A stretch of 63,661 nucleotides of DNA, filler included, from Octopus bimaculoides (GCF_001194135.2; 5 parts of 5 records of this genome joined end to end with filler, not necessarily neighbours in it), one strand, 5' to 3'; positions 49,236-63,481 are shown, counted from the whole stretch's first letter. Numbers and translations are program-made. The notes: generated by a model from the letters alone, not told the origin.

Positions 49236-52029
49236 CGCGCGTTAGTTGTTCAGATCCTGTCAATGTCGACTTTGCCTTTAAGACCTACAACGCCGATAAA
49301 ATAAAATACTAGCGAACTAATTAGCTTGAAACAGTCAACTCTAAGCCCTACTCACAAGATTGTGGTGTTCTGTCTATTTTAGAAATTTTGCTATTTTCTA
49401 CAGTAGTAGTAGTAGTAACCACAGGAAGAGGAGGTAGTGGAGGAGATAAACGGTAGGAGGAGAAAGAAGGGGGCGAAGTCGAAGAGAAGGAGGAAGAAGG
49501 GAGGAGGAAAAAGAAGAGGAAGTAGAAGACGGAAAGGAAGAGGTTGTGATTATGGTCTCTCCCAACATTGACTCCCCTCGTCTCTCTAACGCCTGAGTGG
49601 GAGTGACCGTCTCCAGGTGCCCATCGGTCATTAGATATTCGATTCGATCTGGTTCGTGTAATGTTTCTTCTGTTCGGGTAACACCAAGTCAAATTTTGAA
49701 TGTTGCTATGTGGGAAAAAGATACCCCGATGATGGGGCCATATCAAGCAGACTGTCAGCACCCTGTTTCGCCATTCTCATTGATGCTGCTAGAAAACTTT
49801 CTTTCCGTTGTTGTCATTTCCCTCCTTTGGTGAAACTTAACTCTGTCCGATTTTTCCTACAATCTTCACATATTCCAAAATACTATTTTTGCTTTCCAAT
49901 ATGCCAAGAATTTCTTCTCGTCAATGGCTCTCTTTCAGCTTTTTTCGCCGACGTTCACGCAAAACGAAAAAAATTCAGATGCTACTGGTAGAACATCACT
50001 TATGTCTATCGATTTTGTTCCTGTTTCTGTAGCAAACGTATTTTCAAGTGATAGTGCTGTAAGTCATGTGCACACCTCACCCACCCAAACTGTCTGACAA
50101 ACTGCTTTTCTATCATTTAATCTGTTCAGAATGGGTGACTCTAAGATCAGACAAAGATCTTGATGTAACAACTTTCAGTCACTGAAACATTCATGTTTCT
50201 CGTTCAATACGGGTCAACCTCGTTCATCCTTTTTCACCTGCAGCGATGGTAGTACATTATACACTCGGTATTATTTGCGTATAACCATGGCACCTATTCA
50301 ACCAATTTCATAAACTGAGCCTATTGATAACTTCTTAAAGTGGCTAAGAGGATATGAAACAGAAAACGTTTGCTCCGAGAGCTTCTAGTATCTCAATATC
50401 TGGTCATACAAATGCCATGAACGTCTGAATGAAATCAATATATATTCATTATAGTTTCTTTATATTTCTTTATAAAATGGTTATCATAACGAAACACCTC
50501 ATTAATGTAATAAAGTCATAAAATTCGTTTAGAAAAATTTGTGAAGATATTTAAAATTATCTCCGTAAAGATTGAATATAAAAGAATATAATTCAGGGAG
50601 AAGAAATGAAAAAAGAGTATATAATCAAAAAGATATTTGAAAAATTTAGAGTGGAAACTTTATTAATTAATAAAGAGTTGTTATTATGCTAATATGATTA
50701 CAAATGCATATTGAGTAATACTAGTTTTTAGTTAAGGTTTATCTTGCTCTCACTGATTTTTGTTCATAATGAAGTTCAACAGGCATGTGATAAAAAACAA
50801 TAACAACACATGCTTGAATGCCATTCCATTCTCTTACAAACAGATAAGAACTTCGAAATTTAAGAAAATTCATTTAGAAATGTCGAGATTAAATAGTCTA
50901 GAATATTTCTGAATTAATGAATTAACTAATTTACTAAAAACAGAAGATGGTAGTTGATACAAGTTACTGAATAATCAGTGAAATATTAAAATTGGAAACA
51001 ATAGCGGTCAAGATAATACACCCGTTTATCGAATGGAGGGCCCTATGTGGGTGGGTATTCTGAATCGGATGGATGTTAGTGTGTGAGTGAATCAGCGAAA
51101 ACTTCTCACAGGAATTAAACTAGTAAAATATTATATAAAACAAAGAAATAGTAGAAAAAAGAAAAGGAGGTGGGGGAAATTCTAGCTATAAGCGTCTTTA
51201 GAGATGGCATGTGGAATAGTAGTTGCGGCTATTAATAACCAGCCCGACTCTGATCAAACACACGAAATACAATGAACGACGTTACAGCTATGACCCTCCC
51301 ATTTTTTGTCTGTCACGTACCATCCAGAATTACATGATATTAGACCGGACTTTAATTATTATTTCTTGCAGGTCAATTGTTTATGCGGATGGTCCTTGAC
51401 CAAGTGAATTTCTAGCTTACGATAGTAATATCTGATCGAGGTTCGTCGAAATTAACTGACGGGGTTGTGACAGATAGCAGAACCTATCCCAGACTATGAT
51501 AAGCGTTGCAGGGAACATAACGTTGCGCCATAGCAAACGTTAATTCATTAATTAATTAATTTCTCGTTACACAGATTCGATAGGACAACTTCAAAACCAT
51601 TTCTTAACTTAGTAACAATAATGACTAAATTCTCCTTTTTTTCATTTGAAGGGGAAAGATTCCATGGCATAATGTGATTCTGAACTGATGCATGAAGAAA
51701 AAATGGAATGGTCGCGGCAGTATATATCTATGCGTTTGTGTACGTGCACGCATATGTGTGTATATATATATATATNNNNNNNNNNATATATATATATATA
51801 TATATATATATAGATGTATGTATGTATGTATGTATGTATGTATGTATGAAGATGTTGATATGTAGATATATAAATATATATATACACAAGTGTATGTGGG
51901 AAGGAGAGAGAGCGAGAAAGATATACGTCCATATATATTTATGTGTGTATATATATATATATATGTATCAATATATGGTAGATGACTTTTTAATGGTTCC
52001 TAATTTAGGAACAAACAAATCCAGTGAAT

Positions 52030-52392
52030 TTAAATGAAGGGGTTTAGTCGAAATCACTAACCCCAACAATTTTCTGGTACTTTATTTAACTAACTCGGTA
52101 AGAATGAAAGTCACGGCTTACTTTGGTTAAAGAGTCCTGACAAATGAGGCAAGACGTTATGATAATTATATCAATTCTGTCAACTATAGACACAAATCCT
52201 GAAATTTAGAGTGAGAGGTATAGTTGATTACTTCGACACTAGTGTTCAAATGGTACTTATTTTATCGAACTCCGACGGGAGGTAAGGTAAGGTCGACCCC
52301 GGTAGAATTTGAACTCAGAACGTAAAGGCGAAAGAAATACCGCTAAGCATTTTGTCCGGAGTGTTAACGATGCTACCAGCTCACCGCCTTTG
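52030..52392 (-). mobile_element. Two tandem SINE family B copies
   Basis: 52195-52392 is well preserved; 52030-52130 is a degenerate 3' part. Confidence 0.75.
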
Positions 52393-53594
52393 ATGACAAA
52401 AGCACACTTTAAATAAGATCCATAACATCGATAATATTATTTATAATAATCAAATTGATTCTGTCGCCAGGCAAATCAACAAACGAAGAGTGATTCCCAC
52501 CAACTTCATTTAAGGTGTTTTACGCAATATTTCCCCGCTTCATTAAACTCGGGTGAGGAATAGAATTTTAACATTGATTTTAATCGTTGATGTTGCCATA
52601 CCGCTTGGAGCTAAATCATCAACCAGTTTAAGCTCCGGCCTTTTGAAAGTAAGGATGATGACATAGTTAGAATACAACATATGTCAACGGGAATCCAAGG
52701 ACGTTACTCACTCTCACTATTCCTTCTTCAATAACGTTTATTGTTATCAATTATGTATCTGCGTAAATCTATTTTGTTCTTAGCATCGTTCGCTGAAAAA
52801 TCCAGTTCAATCCGAAGATAACAAGTTGCATTTGATAAAATAGCTAACGACATAAAATATTCGCTTCCGTGATTTGCTAGAAAAGAACATGTAGCACAAA
52901 GAACAGTTAAGCACCAACCTATTATGTTACATGAGCATTATATATATTCTTCTTAACGAGGTATTATATATGTGTGTCATATATGGAGCTTAATTTAATT
53001 GTAGTTAATCTTAGAGGAAATATATATACACTTGGAATTCGGTGAGTCGGGAAAAACGGAAGATAATACATCCATAAAAGTTGCAGATATAATAAACTTA
53101 CATAAACTTAATTTGTAATTTTCGTGATTCTTGTTAGAGAAAGAGAAAGACATAGCGACAAAGCTGTCGTCTGGTTGCAATCAAATTGGCTTGCAAATAT
53201 GTATCACGAAATATTTCTCACTAATTTATCTTCATTAATAATACAAAATTAAATTTGTTTCATTAATAATCCAAAATTGCAGAATACTGAACAGTATTCT
53301 TACACTACAGCTGGCTTACCTTCCATATATCCTTCATACCATCCTTCCTTCCTCATTTCCTTCGTTTCTTTCCTTCCGTTTACTGCTTTCATTCGCATTA
53401 TCCATTCATTTATATATCTATTCATTCTCAGGTGTAAAACTTTAGTGTAATTCTCAATCTGTTGTCACGGCATAAGAACCAATGAATATACACATATATT
53501 TTATCGTGGCAACTCTTGTATTCTCTTTGTACAAGGCTCTCACATACACTTGCGGAGTGGGTCACGTTTTCCACTCTCTTTCCACAGAGTCCTC

Positions 53595-53790
53595 ATTTCT
53601 GGGTGTCAGAAGTTTTATAAATGTTATACTTCACTGACTTGCTAGCGAGAGCCTGGTCTTGAGCAGCAATGGTCAGGCTTTCGGTGATACGCTTCGAATC
53701 ACCTCGCTCAAACCATGCACACAATGTTGCATTATCCTTAACGTCCCGTGTATTCCTTTCAAACTGTCTATGCATTCTCATTTCTACATC
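53595..53790 (-). mobile_element. R4/Dong-like LINE C-terminal fragment
   Basis: MHRQFERNT...WFERGDSKRITESLTIAAQDQAL resembles the R4/Dong motif MHGQF...GDLK.ETES.I.AAQDQAL. Confidence 0.75.
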
Positions 53791-54210
53791 ATTCCCGTTA
53801 CAGTCCCACTGCGTGACACTTGGAAAGCAACTTCTACGATATCCTGAGCCGACTAAAGCCTTGTGATTGGATTTTGTGGACGGGAAATAACACACACACA
53901 TATATATGTATATGTATATATATGTATATGTATTTATATATGTATATCTATATGTACACGCGCGCGCGCGCACGCACACATATTTACATGCATGTATGCT
54001 TGTATGTTTATGTACTTTTGTGTGTTAGTGTCTTTGTGTTTCTCTTTGCTCCCTTCCAACACTTGACATCCACACTCGGTTTCTTTGTATCTGTAACTTA
54101 GCAGTTCAGCAAAAGAGACCGACACAATAAGCAATGGATTGAGTCATTCAAGTAAAAACCCTTCGAGACAGTGTCTTATCATAGCTGCATTCCAATGACT
54201 GAAACAAGGA
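53790..54210. mobile_element. SINE family A fragments in opposite orientations (53790-53885 minus, 54030-54210 plus)
   Basis: Head part reversed and 3' part forward around a shared microsatellite. Confidence 0.55.
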
Positions 54211-55993
54211 AAATATATGAGACGCATAGACACAAACACGCGTAAACATATAAGCATATACATACATATATACATTAATATTGTATATTCCTTTGACAAA
54301 TTGTAGCCAGTGTGAGAAGACGTATGCCAATGCAAAAGCTGATTATTCATAGCTCTCTGCACATGAAGATTGTATCTGAACTTCCGCCTAATTAGAAGTC
54401 ATTAGCCTAAAAGCTTAAGACTTAAAAGTTTCACTTGCTGATTTGACAAACCATTTAGCTATTTGACCCTGATATCATTATTTCGGAATATGGATAAGTA
54501 TGTTTGAAACACATCCATGGGTGTTTTGTTTGTTTGTTGCTTATTTTTCTTTTTTATTATTATTTTATAATCGCATTAAATATATTCCATTTTAACTTAT
54601 TAAATCCATAATGGCTCAAATAGAAACACACGCTCTCACACAGGAACACACATACATATAAATTAACTTTACAACTTCCACAGTTTATTATATTTATCGT
54701 CTGATGTATTGCAGACAACCAATGGAGCCCACTTGGAAGTGTTCAGATGATTCTATTAAAAACTTTATTTGTTGCTCATAAACTCTGCTGAGTTATCCTC
54801 ATCTTTTATCTTTTACCTTTTCTCTCTTTTAGTCAAATTGTAAACATAATTTATTGGCAACTTGTATATACATCACATAACATAACACGCATATATATAT
54901 ATATATANNNNNNNNNNNNNNNNNNNNNNNNNNNNNNNNNNNNNNNNNNNNNNNNNNNNNNNNNNNNNNNNNNNNNNNNNNNNNNNNNNNNNNNNNNNNN
55001 NNNNNNNNNNNNNATATATACAGGCTTCCATACAGTATTTAAGTCTAACAAATTCATTCATACTAATCTGTACATCCGGAGTTACAATAGAGCACAAGGT
55101 AAGATGCCACACTCTGGACTAAACTGGAAATAAAAGGGGGCTTTCGGATGTGAATTTTTAACTATGTCTTCTAAAATTTTTATTAATGTGTTTTTTTTTT
55201 GTTTGGTTGGTACGAATTTGTTTGTTTGATATAGAATATGTTTGAGTGAGCAAATATAACAGTGATAGAATGAAAAAATAGAAATCATATGTATGTATGT
55301 TTGTATGTATGTACGAGTGTTAGAGCTACTTGTGTTCCAGTATAAAACATAATCGGACCTCCTAAATGTTTAGCTGGTAACAGAGGTGAAATTTAGTTTG
55401 GGACCCCTGACGTAACAGCTTCGTCCTTGTATTGTAGATTTGCAATTTTATGTGAACTGTATGTCGCTTCCATAACAGGTTATCTGAGATTGTTACGAGA
55501 CTAGCATTTGATAAGTGCGTGATAGATGGTGTGATGAGCTGTTTCTGTCTTTGATCTTGCATAGTTGATAGCTTCTAGGTTTCTATCGACACACAGACAA
55601 GATTTTTCAATGTAGCATACGTTGATAAATTACTGTTTATTAAGGTGGAATAACAATACTGGATGTTTCTAGAAAACATCGAACGTCGACAGTTAATGAA
55701 TTTCCTGTGTTGTAGGAACTGCTCAAGTGGAAGACATATACATGGCTTATTTGTTGTGCTGGATAATTACAGACTTACACACGCTCGTACACAAGCTCAT
55801 GTACACATACACACATATACACGCTTACAGCTTACACATATTGAAACACACAGAAGACACACAGACAGCTGCTCATGTTTATGGTCCACAGAACACAGAG
55901 ACATCACACGAATTTAAAATTCGCATATACACATACCAGAACATGCAGGTATGTATGTATGTGCGTGTGAATACACACACACACACATACCTG

Positions 55994-56068
<75 letters not shown>

Positions 56069-56665
56069 CAAACATACATATATAAGTAAGTGTATGTGGG
56101 TGTGAGTGCAGTTACATAGCTGTACGTACAGGCAATTGTACGAAAGTCAGTGTGTATATCTGTGAGTGTAAAATCGTCTGACATATAAATATACATACAT
56201 ACATTGATTAGTATACGCACAAACAAACTTCGAGCATAAATATAAATACATACAACTGTACACTCTGTACATTTTCTGCATATCTAAGTGTAATTGTTTT
56301 AGTATGCATAAAATTACAACTAGANNNNNNNNNNNNNNNNNNNNNNNNNNNNNNNNNNNNNNNNNNNNNNNNNNNNNNNNNNNNNNNNNNNNNNNNNNNN
56401 NNNNNNNNNNNNNNNNNNNNNNNNNNNNNNNNNNNNNNNNNNNNNNNNNNNNNNNNNNNNNNNNNNNNNNNNNNNNNNNNNNNNNNNNNNNNNNNNNNNN
56501 NNNNNNNNNNNNNNNNNNNNNNNNNNNNNNNNNNNNNNNNNNNNNNNNNNNNNNNNNNNNNNNNNNNNNNNNNNNNNNNNNNNNNNNNNNNNNNNNNNNN
56601 NNNNNNNNNNNNNNNNNNNNNNNNNNNNNNNNNNNNNNNNNNNNNNNNNNNNNNNNNNNNNNNNN

Positions 56666-56710
<45 letters not shown>

Positions 56711-56905
56711 ACATACACAATATAGATATACATATATATATGTGCGTGCATATATATACACATATATATATGTGTGCGTGTATATATATATATATGTATG
56801 TATATATATATGCATATATATATATATATGCTTATATATATGTATATATATAATATATATATTATATATATATATTATATATATATATTTATATATATAT
56901 ATATT

Positions 56906-56941
<36 letters not shown>

Positions 56942-57596
56942 TGTGAGTGTGTATCTATGTACCCCATGGATGCTTGACTATGATGTGTTTTGTTTTACTG
57001 CAAATCTATATCGATTAATCTTAGGTACAGTCTTTCTACGTTTATATCATGTACTTCTTATCTAACTTCGACGTTCAATTCTCATCAAAACTAACACAGT
57101 AAATCTAAGTAGCAAAGATAACACAGTTTTCTAACCTCGACGTAAGGACATCATTTCGAACCGAAAAAGTTGTTATTGCTAGTTGATGCTGTTTAATTTG
57201 TTTGATCAAGCAGGACTACGTTTAAAGTCGGTGGGTTTTTCTTACTTTTTTTTTTTTTTTGGCGTTGGGGGATGACAATATGTCCGGAACTACGTTATCT
57301 GGTGCATCTTTCTTAGAGTTTAAAGGAGAGCCGTTTATTATTCCTAACACATCGAGCAACCTTCGTGGAATCTACAGAGTTATAAACTTGGTGATGATCC
57401 GGATTTTCGAGATGTTCAGATATCGGGAAAAATATGGCGGAGGTGTATAGAGATATAAAGACAATATGTGTGTGTGTGTACAATTATGTGTGTATGTATG
57501 TATATATGTAAATATGTGTGTGCGTGTGTGAGTGTGTGTATATAAGACCATTTTACGCGCAAAACTCAAAAGTGTATACAATAAAACCTTTTTCTA

Positions 57597-57672
<76 letters not shown>

Positions 57673-58571
57673 CATATATATATATATATGTATGAGGGGG
57701 AGAGAGCGAGAGATAAAGAGGGCGACAGAGGCAGACAGACAGATAGAGAGATTGCATAAACATATACGTGTGATATACATCAACCTTAAATACATACACA
57801 TATATATATATAATCTAAAGATATGCATGTATATATGAATAAGCACAGCTATACATATACATACACGCACATATGCATGCGCATGCGCACACATACACAG
57901 ACACACACTACACACGCACAAACATGCCAGCACTGATTAACCAGAACAAGAAATAAACACAAACGATTGCAAAAATCCATGTGATAGGCTGTTGTGCTCC
58001 ATATGGCCAGAAATCACATTTGTTCTAGTTAAGTAAAGTCCAACGAGGTTGTGATAATTCTTTGTACATGACGTATGATGGCCTACCACAATATAGAGAA
58101 GAGAAACGACATTTCAACCAGAGCTCTTCGTCACGATAATTCTACGATGCAGCAACATTATTATCTCTAATGAAGGACTTTACCGAAAACATATACTTTC
58201 TCTCTTCAATGAGCAGCAGACATACCTTATTTATTTTCGTTTTACACTACATTGCTGCTTGCTGACACAGACCACTACTTATCTCTTCAACTTATAATAG
58301 TTATTACTTGTATACTTCAGAGAAATGTATCCATAGAGGTTGGTTTCTATGCTTGCTGTGCTGTATATTTCTCCACTTGTCAGGAAATACAAAACGTACA
58401 CAGAAACACACGCTGACGTGTACGCACACGATGGATACAAACATACTCACGAACATACAAACGAATATACACGCAAGCATGTATACGTATGCGTACATGT
58501 ATATACAGAAAGCAAGATAATTATACATTCACTCATTCACACACACCCATGCACAAAAATACAAACATATG

Positions 58572-58605
<34 letters not shown>

Positions 58606-58977
58606 TGTGTGCTTGTGTGTTTGTGTATGTCAATGTGTATGGGTACGTATATGTATGCCTATACATATATAAGTAATCTCTATATACGTATGTATAAGTG
58701 TGTGTGTTTTAATATATAGCGAGAGACACATGCAAATATATATATACATATAAATATACATATAAATATACGCATATATGCAGTTATATATATATATATA
58801 TATATATNNNNNNNNNNNNNNNNNNNNNNNNNNNNNNNNNNNNNNNNNNNNTTAATTAATTAANNNNNNNNNNNNNNNNNNNNNNNNNNNNNNNNNNNNN
58901 NNNNNNNATATATATATATATATATATATATATACAAGAATAAGGGCAGGGAATCGTCAATTAATAATAGAATTAAT

Positions 58978-59244
58978 AATTATATTAGAAAAAATAATAA
59001 AGTACTCAGATATCTAGATGGTTGTACATTTACAGATTTTTATTAATATGTCACATGTTTTTATAAATTAGCACTTGCACCTATTCTTGTAGATTCTCCA
59101 GATTGTCATAGTAGAATCTGGAGAATCTACAAAAATAGGTGCAAGTGCTAATTTATAAAATCATGTGACATATTAATAAAAATTTGTAAATGTACAACCA
59201 TCCAGATATCTGAGTACCTTATTTTTTTTTTCTAATATATAATT
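58978..59244. repeat. Long inverted repeat, about 127-bp arms, 10-nt loop (59105-59114)
   Basis: tatattagaaaaaa..gtactcagatatc...gattctccagatt / aatctggagaatc...gatatctgagtac..tttctaatata. Confidence 0.92.
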
Positions 59245-59324
59245 CCTGTACATCACCTCCAAACCTTCTAATATATATATATAAATATACATATATACAT
59301 ATACATATATATATATATATTTAT

Positions 59325-59720
59325 AGAAGGTGTATTCTAGAAGTTTTGAGACTTTTTCAGGAGACATTTATTGATTTTTAAATAAGTAGAAAACGCTAAT
59401 TTCTTTCAAAGTAGGATCCTCTGACTTCAATGAACTTGTTGTGGCACTCCAGCCATTTCATGAAGGCCCCATAAAAGTCCTCAAAAGGAAGGTATCAAGG
59501 ACCCTTGTCACAACTTCCTTCATCTATAAAACGACTGTCCCTGTGGTTCACCTTTAGCCTGGGGTACAACCAAAGGTCACAGAGAGCAAGGTCTAGACTG
59601 AATGGAGGGTGAAGGATGGTTTTGATGCCCATTTCATCAATTAGCTGGTTACCAAGTACCCTGGGAACAAGCTTTGCACAAACTTTGTGCTTGTTCAGAT
59701 CTTCATGTATAATTCGATGT
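59325..59720 (-). mobile_element. Mariner C-terminal remnant with TIR-like end
   Basis: MGIKTILHPPFSLDLALCDLWLYPRLK...FMKWLECHNKFIEVRGSYFE; end resembles gaaggtgtattctagaagttttgagac. Confidence 0.75.
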
Positions 59721-59769
59721 ACAATTTCTACTCAACTCCAAATTGTATGCTTATTACTGTTATAGACAC

Positions 59770-60880
59770 ACAATAAACACTGTAAACAAACAGGAAACAA
59801 CTTCTATCTCATTCCAGGGAGAAAAACTAGAGGTAGTCGATAGCTTCCGCTATCTGGGTGACCAAGTTAGTAGTGGGGGTGGGTGCGCTGAAAGTGTAGC
59901 TGCTAGAATAAGAATAGCCTGGGCAAAGTTTAGAGAGCTCTTACCCCTGCTGGCGACAAAGAGACTCTCACTCAGAGTAAAAGGCAGACTGTATGACGCA
60001 TGTGTACGAACAGCCATGCTACATGGCAGTGAAACATGGGCTGTGACTGCTGAGGATATGCGTAAGCTCGCAAGGAATGAAGCCAGTATGCTCCACTGGA
60101 TGTGTAATGTCAGTGTGCATGAGAAAAGCTGAACATAAGAAGCATCAGTTGTGGTGTNNNNNNNNNNNNNNNNNNNNNNNNNNNNNNNNNNNNNNNNNNN
60201 NNNNNNNNNNNNNNNNNNNNNNNNNNNNNNNNNNNNNNNNNNNNNNNNNNNNNNNNNNNNNNNNNNNNNNNNNNNNNNNNNNNNNNNNNNNNNNNNNNNN
60301 NNNNNNNNNNNNNNNNNNNNNNNNNNNNNNNNNNNNNNNNNNNNNNNNNNNNNNNNNNNNNNNNNNNNNNNNNNNNNNNNNNNNNNNNNNNNNNNNNNNN
60401 NNNNNNNNNNNNNNNNNNNNNNNNNNNNNNNNNNNNNNNNNNNNNNNNNNNNNNNNNNNNNNNNNNNNNNNNNNNNNNNNNNNNNNNNNNNNNNNNNNNN
60501 NNNNNNNNNNNNNNNNNNNNNNNNNNNNNNNNNNNNNNNNNNNNNNNNNNNNNNNNNNNNNNNNNNNNNNNNNNNNNNNNNNNNNNNNNNNNNNNNNNNN
60601 NNNNNNNNNNNNNNNNNNNNNNNNNNNNNNNNNNNNNNNNNNNNNNNNNNNNNNNNNNNNNNNNNNNNNNNNNNNNNNNNNNNNNNNNNNNNNNNNNNNN
60701 NNNNNNNNNNNNNNNNNNNNNNNNNNNNNNNNNNNNNNNNNNNNNNNNNNNNNNNNNNNNNNNNNNNNNNNNNNNNNNNNNNNNNNNNNNNNNNNNNNNN
60801 NNNNNNGTGTTGCCATCCGGTTTCACCAGTCCTCAGTCAAATCGTCCAACCCATGCTAGCATGGAAAGCGGACGTTAAAC

Positions 60881-60910
<30 letters not shown>
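59770..60910 (+). mobile_element. RTE LINE 3' portion spanning a gap
   Basis: LEVVDSFRYLGDQVSSGGGC...RIRIAWAKFRELLPLL...KGRLYDACVRTAMLHGSETW; the 3' tail and (GAT)n follow the gap at 60808-60910. Confidence 0.88.
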
Positions 60911-60911
<1 letters not shown>

Positions 60912-60919
60912 ATATATAG

Positions 60920-61225
60920 CAATAAGAAAATGAAGGGGAATATGTGGTACTCATCAACTTGCAGACACTGTACTATGTTAATTAACCTATTTATTTTTCA
61001 ACCAAAAGGACAATAAAGACAATATACAAACATATGTGACACACTATGTCATATCAACAATTAAAAATTAAAAATTAATTTTTAATTGTTGATATGACAT
61101 AGTGTGTCACATATGTTTGTATATTGTCTTCATTGTCCTTTTGGTTGAAAAATAAATAGGTTAATTAGCATAGTACAGTGTCTACAACTTAAGAGTACTA
61201 CATATTCCCCTCCATTTTCTTATTG
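60920..61225. repeat. Long inverted repeat, about 150-bp arms, 7-nt loop (61070-61076)
   Basis: caataagaaaatg...caacaattaaaaatt / aatttttaattgttg...cattttcttattg. Confidence 0.92.
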
Positions 61226-61539
61226 GTATGTAAATTTAGGGTAAAACCTCCTTTTAACTGCACCCACTTATTGCATTTGGTAAAAACACTAGTGTAATAA
61301 TAATTGGGTACCCTCCCAGCAGTATATTGGATAGATATTATCCCTTAGTGGGTTGGATTCACAACCCCTAACTCTCTTGGACTATATATTATATATATAT
61401 ATGATACACGTCCTGATGGCCATATGTTTGCATATATATATATATATATATATATAGTTATATATATATAGTTATAAGTATAAATATACCATAAACAAGT
61501 ATAGAAAAATGGAGGAGAAAAAGATGTTGAATCAAAATT

Positions 61540-62560
61540 AGATTTTATACAAATTAGGATTTAGAACAGAGGTTCTTGAATGGGTATTTTGATTTTTCTC
61601 TGCATGAGCATTTATCATATCTATTTGCATATATAGCAGTTCTGACTTCATTTTCCAATTCTGTTATCGTGTTAGCTATATCATAATCATTTCTACTGTC
61701 ACAATTTGGCCATTGCAGTTTACAACTTCGTTGGTATACAGATGCATATGTTTTCTAGATCCAGAAGGTGGGTTATTGAACTGTTGTCACTTTTACTATT
61801 GTTCATGTGGTACATACGCTGCTCTAAATTAGTAGAGTTAGCATAGGATACCTTCATAGTGTGCTGGTTAAAGATAGCATGGTATCAATTAGATTTAGGA
61901 AAGCATTTGTCCAAAGCAGCAAAAAATTTTCCAGCAGTCTTGGTTGAAACATGCGAATCGAAAATTGAGTTAAACCAGAAGACATCATGATTCCTATATC
62001 TGTTGTTTAGCTTATTTGATCTAGCGTGTTGTACAGGATTGGAACGATTTACAATGTTATGAGCAGTTGGATTATTGTGTCATGTGTGTCTATATTGAGC
62101 TTCTGTTAGTAGTTCATTGCCTTGACCGATTCTTCCTGGTCTGTATTCTCAATCTGAGTGAGTTCTCATACCGTAACATTGTGATGGTGTTCAATGTGCA
62201 TTATTATTAGAAGAATTGACAATGTTGTGTATGCCAGCTTCTTGAATATATTGAATTTTTTCACAGTACCCAGTCCTAGCTAAAGCTGCATAATAATAAA
62301 CTGCATGTAATTTGAAAATTTTATTATTAGCGGATAATCTAGAAATTCTTGTAGAAATATTCTTAATTATTCCCTGTATTATCAAGGGTGGATGGTTGGA
62401 TGCTATGTTAATGTACTTAGTATGATCATTTGGCTTATGAAATGGTTCAAATAATCCAGTATCAAGACAGAAAGTAGTGTCAAGAAAATTTAGTCTACGA
62501 TAATCTTTACCCATAGTAATGTTTCGTCCTAATTATTTTTAAATCTCAAGAAATTTTTCC
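61540..62560 (-). mobile_element. Penelope-like element, RT C-terminus and downstream region, decayed
   Basis: LNFLDTTFCLDTG...PFHKPND...YINIASNHPP.II..I...ISTRIS.LS, then FWFNSIF...VST..AGKFF..LDKCFPK: the typical PLE thumb/linker sequence. Confidence 0.85.
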
Positions 62561-62694
62561 TTTGCCTTCCTAATTGTACTTTACTACTTCTGTCCATTAA
62601 GAATAGGGTGTCATCCCCATATAGACCCCTTGTTACTTCCGAAAAGGAAGACTGGATTAATGAAAGGATATATATTCTTATTTCTTTATTGCCC

Positions 62695-62870
62695 ACAAGG
62701 AGCTAAACATAGAGGGGACAAACAAGGACAGACAAAGGGATTAAGTTGATTACATCGATCCCAGTGCATAACTGGTACTTAATTTATCGACCCCGAAGGG
62801 ATGAAAGGCAAAGTTGACCTCGGCGGAATTTGAACTCAGAACGTAACGGCAGACGAAATACTGCTAAGCA
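62695..62870 (-). mobile_element. SINE family B
   Basis: Reverse complement of the family B body. Confidence 0.85.
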
Positions 62871-62992
62871 TTATATATATTCTGACTAGGTCTGTAACCT
62901 GTGCAGTCAGATGACCCCATTGCTATATCAAAAGCATTCTCCCTATCTATCTCCCATTCTCCCATTGTACATGCAGTTCTTTCCACTCAAAG

Positions 62993-63200
62993 TAGCTGCT
63001 GCTGCTGCTGCTGTTGTTGTTGTTGGTGGTGTTGTTGCTACTGCGGCTGCTGCTATTGTTGCTGCTGCTGCTGTTGTTGTTGTTGTTGTTGTTGCTACTG
63101 CGGCTGCTGTTATTGTTGCTGCGGCTTCTGCTGTTGTTGCTGTTGTTGCTGCTGCTACTGCTGCTGTTACTGCTGTTGCTGTTGTTGCTGCTGTTGTTGA
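62993..63200. repeat. (CTG/TTG)n compound trinucleotide repeat
   Basis: Direct reading; source of the poly-C/A/L/S-N ORFs. Confidence 0.95.
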
Positions 63201-63331
63201 CTGAGTTGTCATCAATTTTTTGTTTCAATACAATTCAAACATAACCAATAAAAGCTACAACAGTAACAACACAAATGTGTTGCAATCCCTTAATCATCCG
63301 ATTCTAATTGAAATGATTTCATTTGTTTCAG

Positions 63332-63481
63332 AAAGTGAAGGTTCCTTGGTTGTCAATGTTCACTTCAATGCCAGTCTATGCCATCATTGTCAGCAACATC
63401 TCAGCTGATTGGGGAGTTTACACCCTTCTCACAGGGATACCAACCTATATGAAAGAAGTCTTAAAGTTTGACATAGCGGCT
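63332..63481 (+). CDS. SLC17-family (sialin-like) MFS anion transporter, single internal exon
   Basis: Acceptor tttgtttcAG (63330-63331), donor GCT|GTAAGT (63482), 150 nt, phase 0/0. KVKVPWLSMFTSMPVYAIIVSNISADWGVYTLLTGIPTYMKEVLKFDIAA matches the SLC17 pattern VPW...SLP.WAI......W..YTLLT..PTYMKEIL.F. Confidence 0.88.

Noticed and set aside
49348-49761. 137-aa minus ORF with an apparent transmembrane stretch and a GTGAGT near its end
   Set aside because: The hydrophobic part derives from a pyrimidine-rich (CTT/CCT) low-complexity tract.
49700-50420. Possible decayed LINE or piggyBac coding sequence
   Set aside because: Many stops in all frames and no diagnostic motif I can defend.
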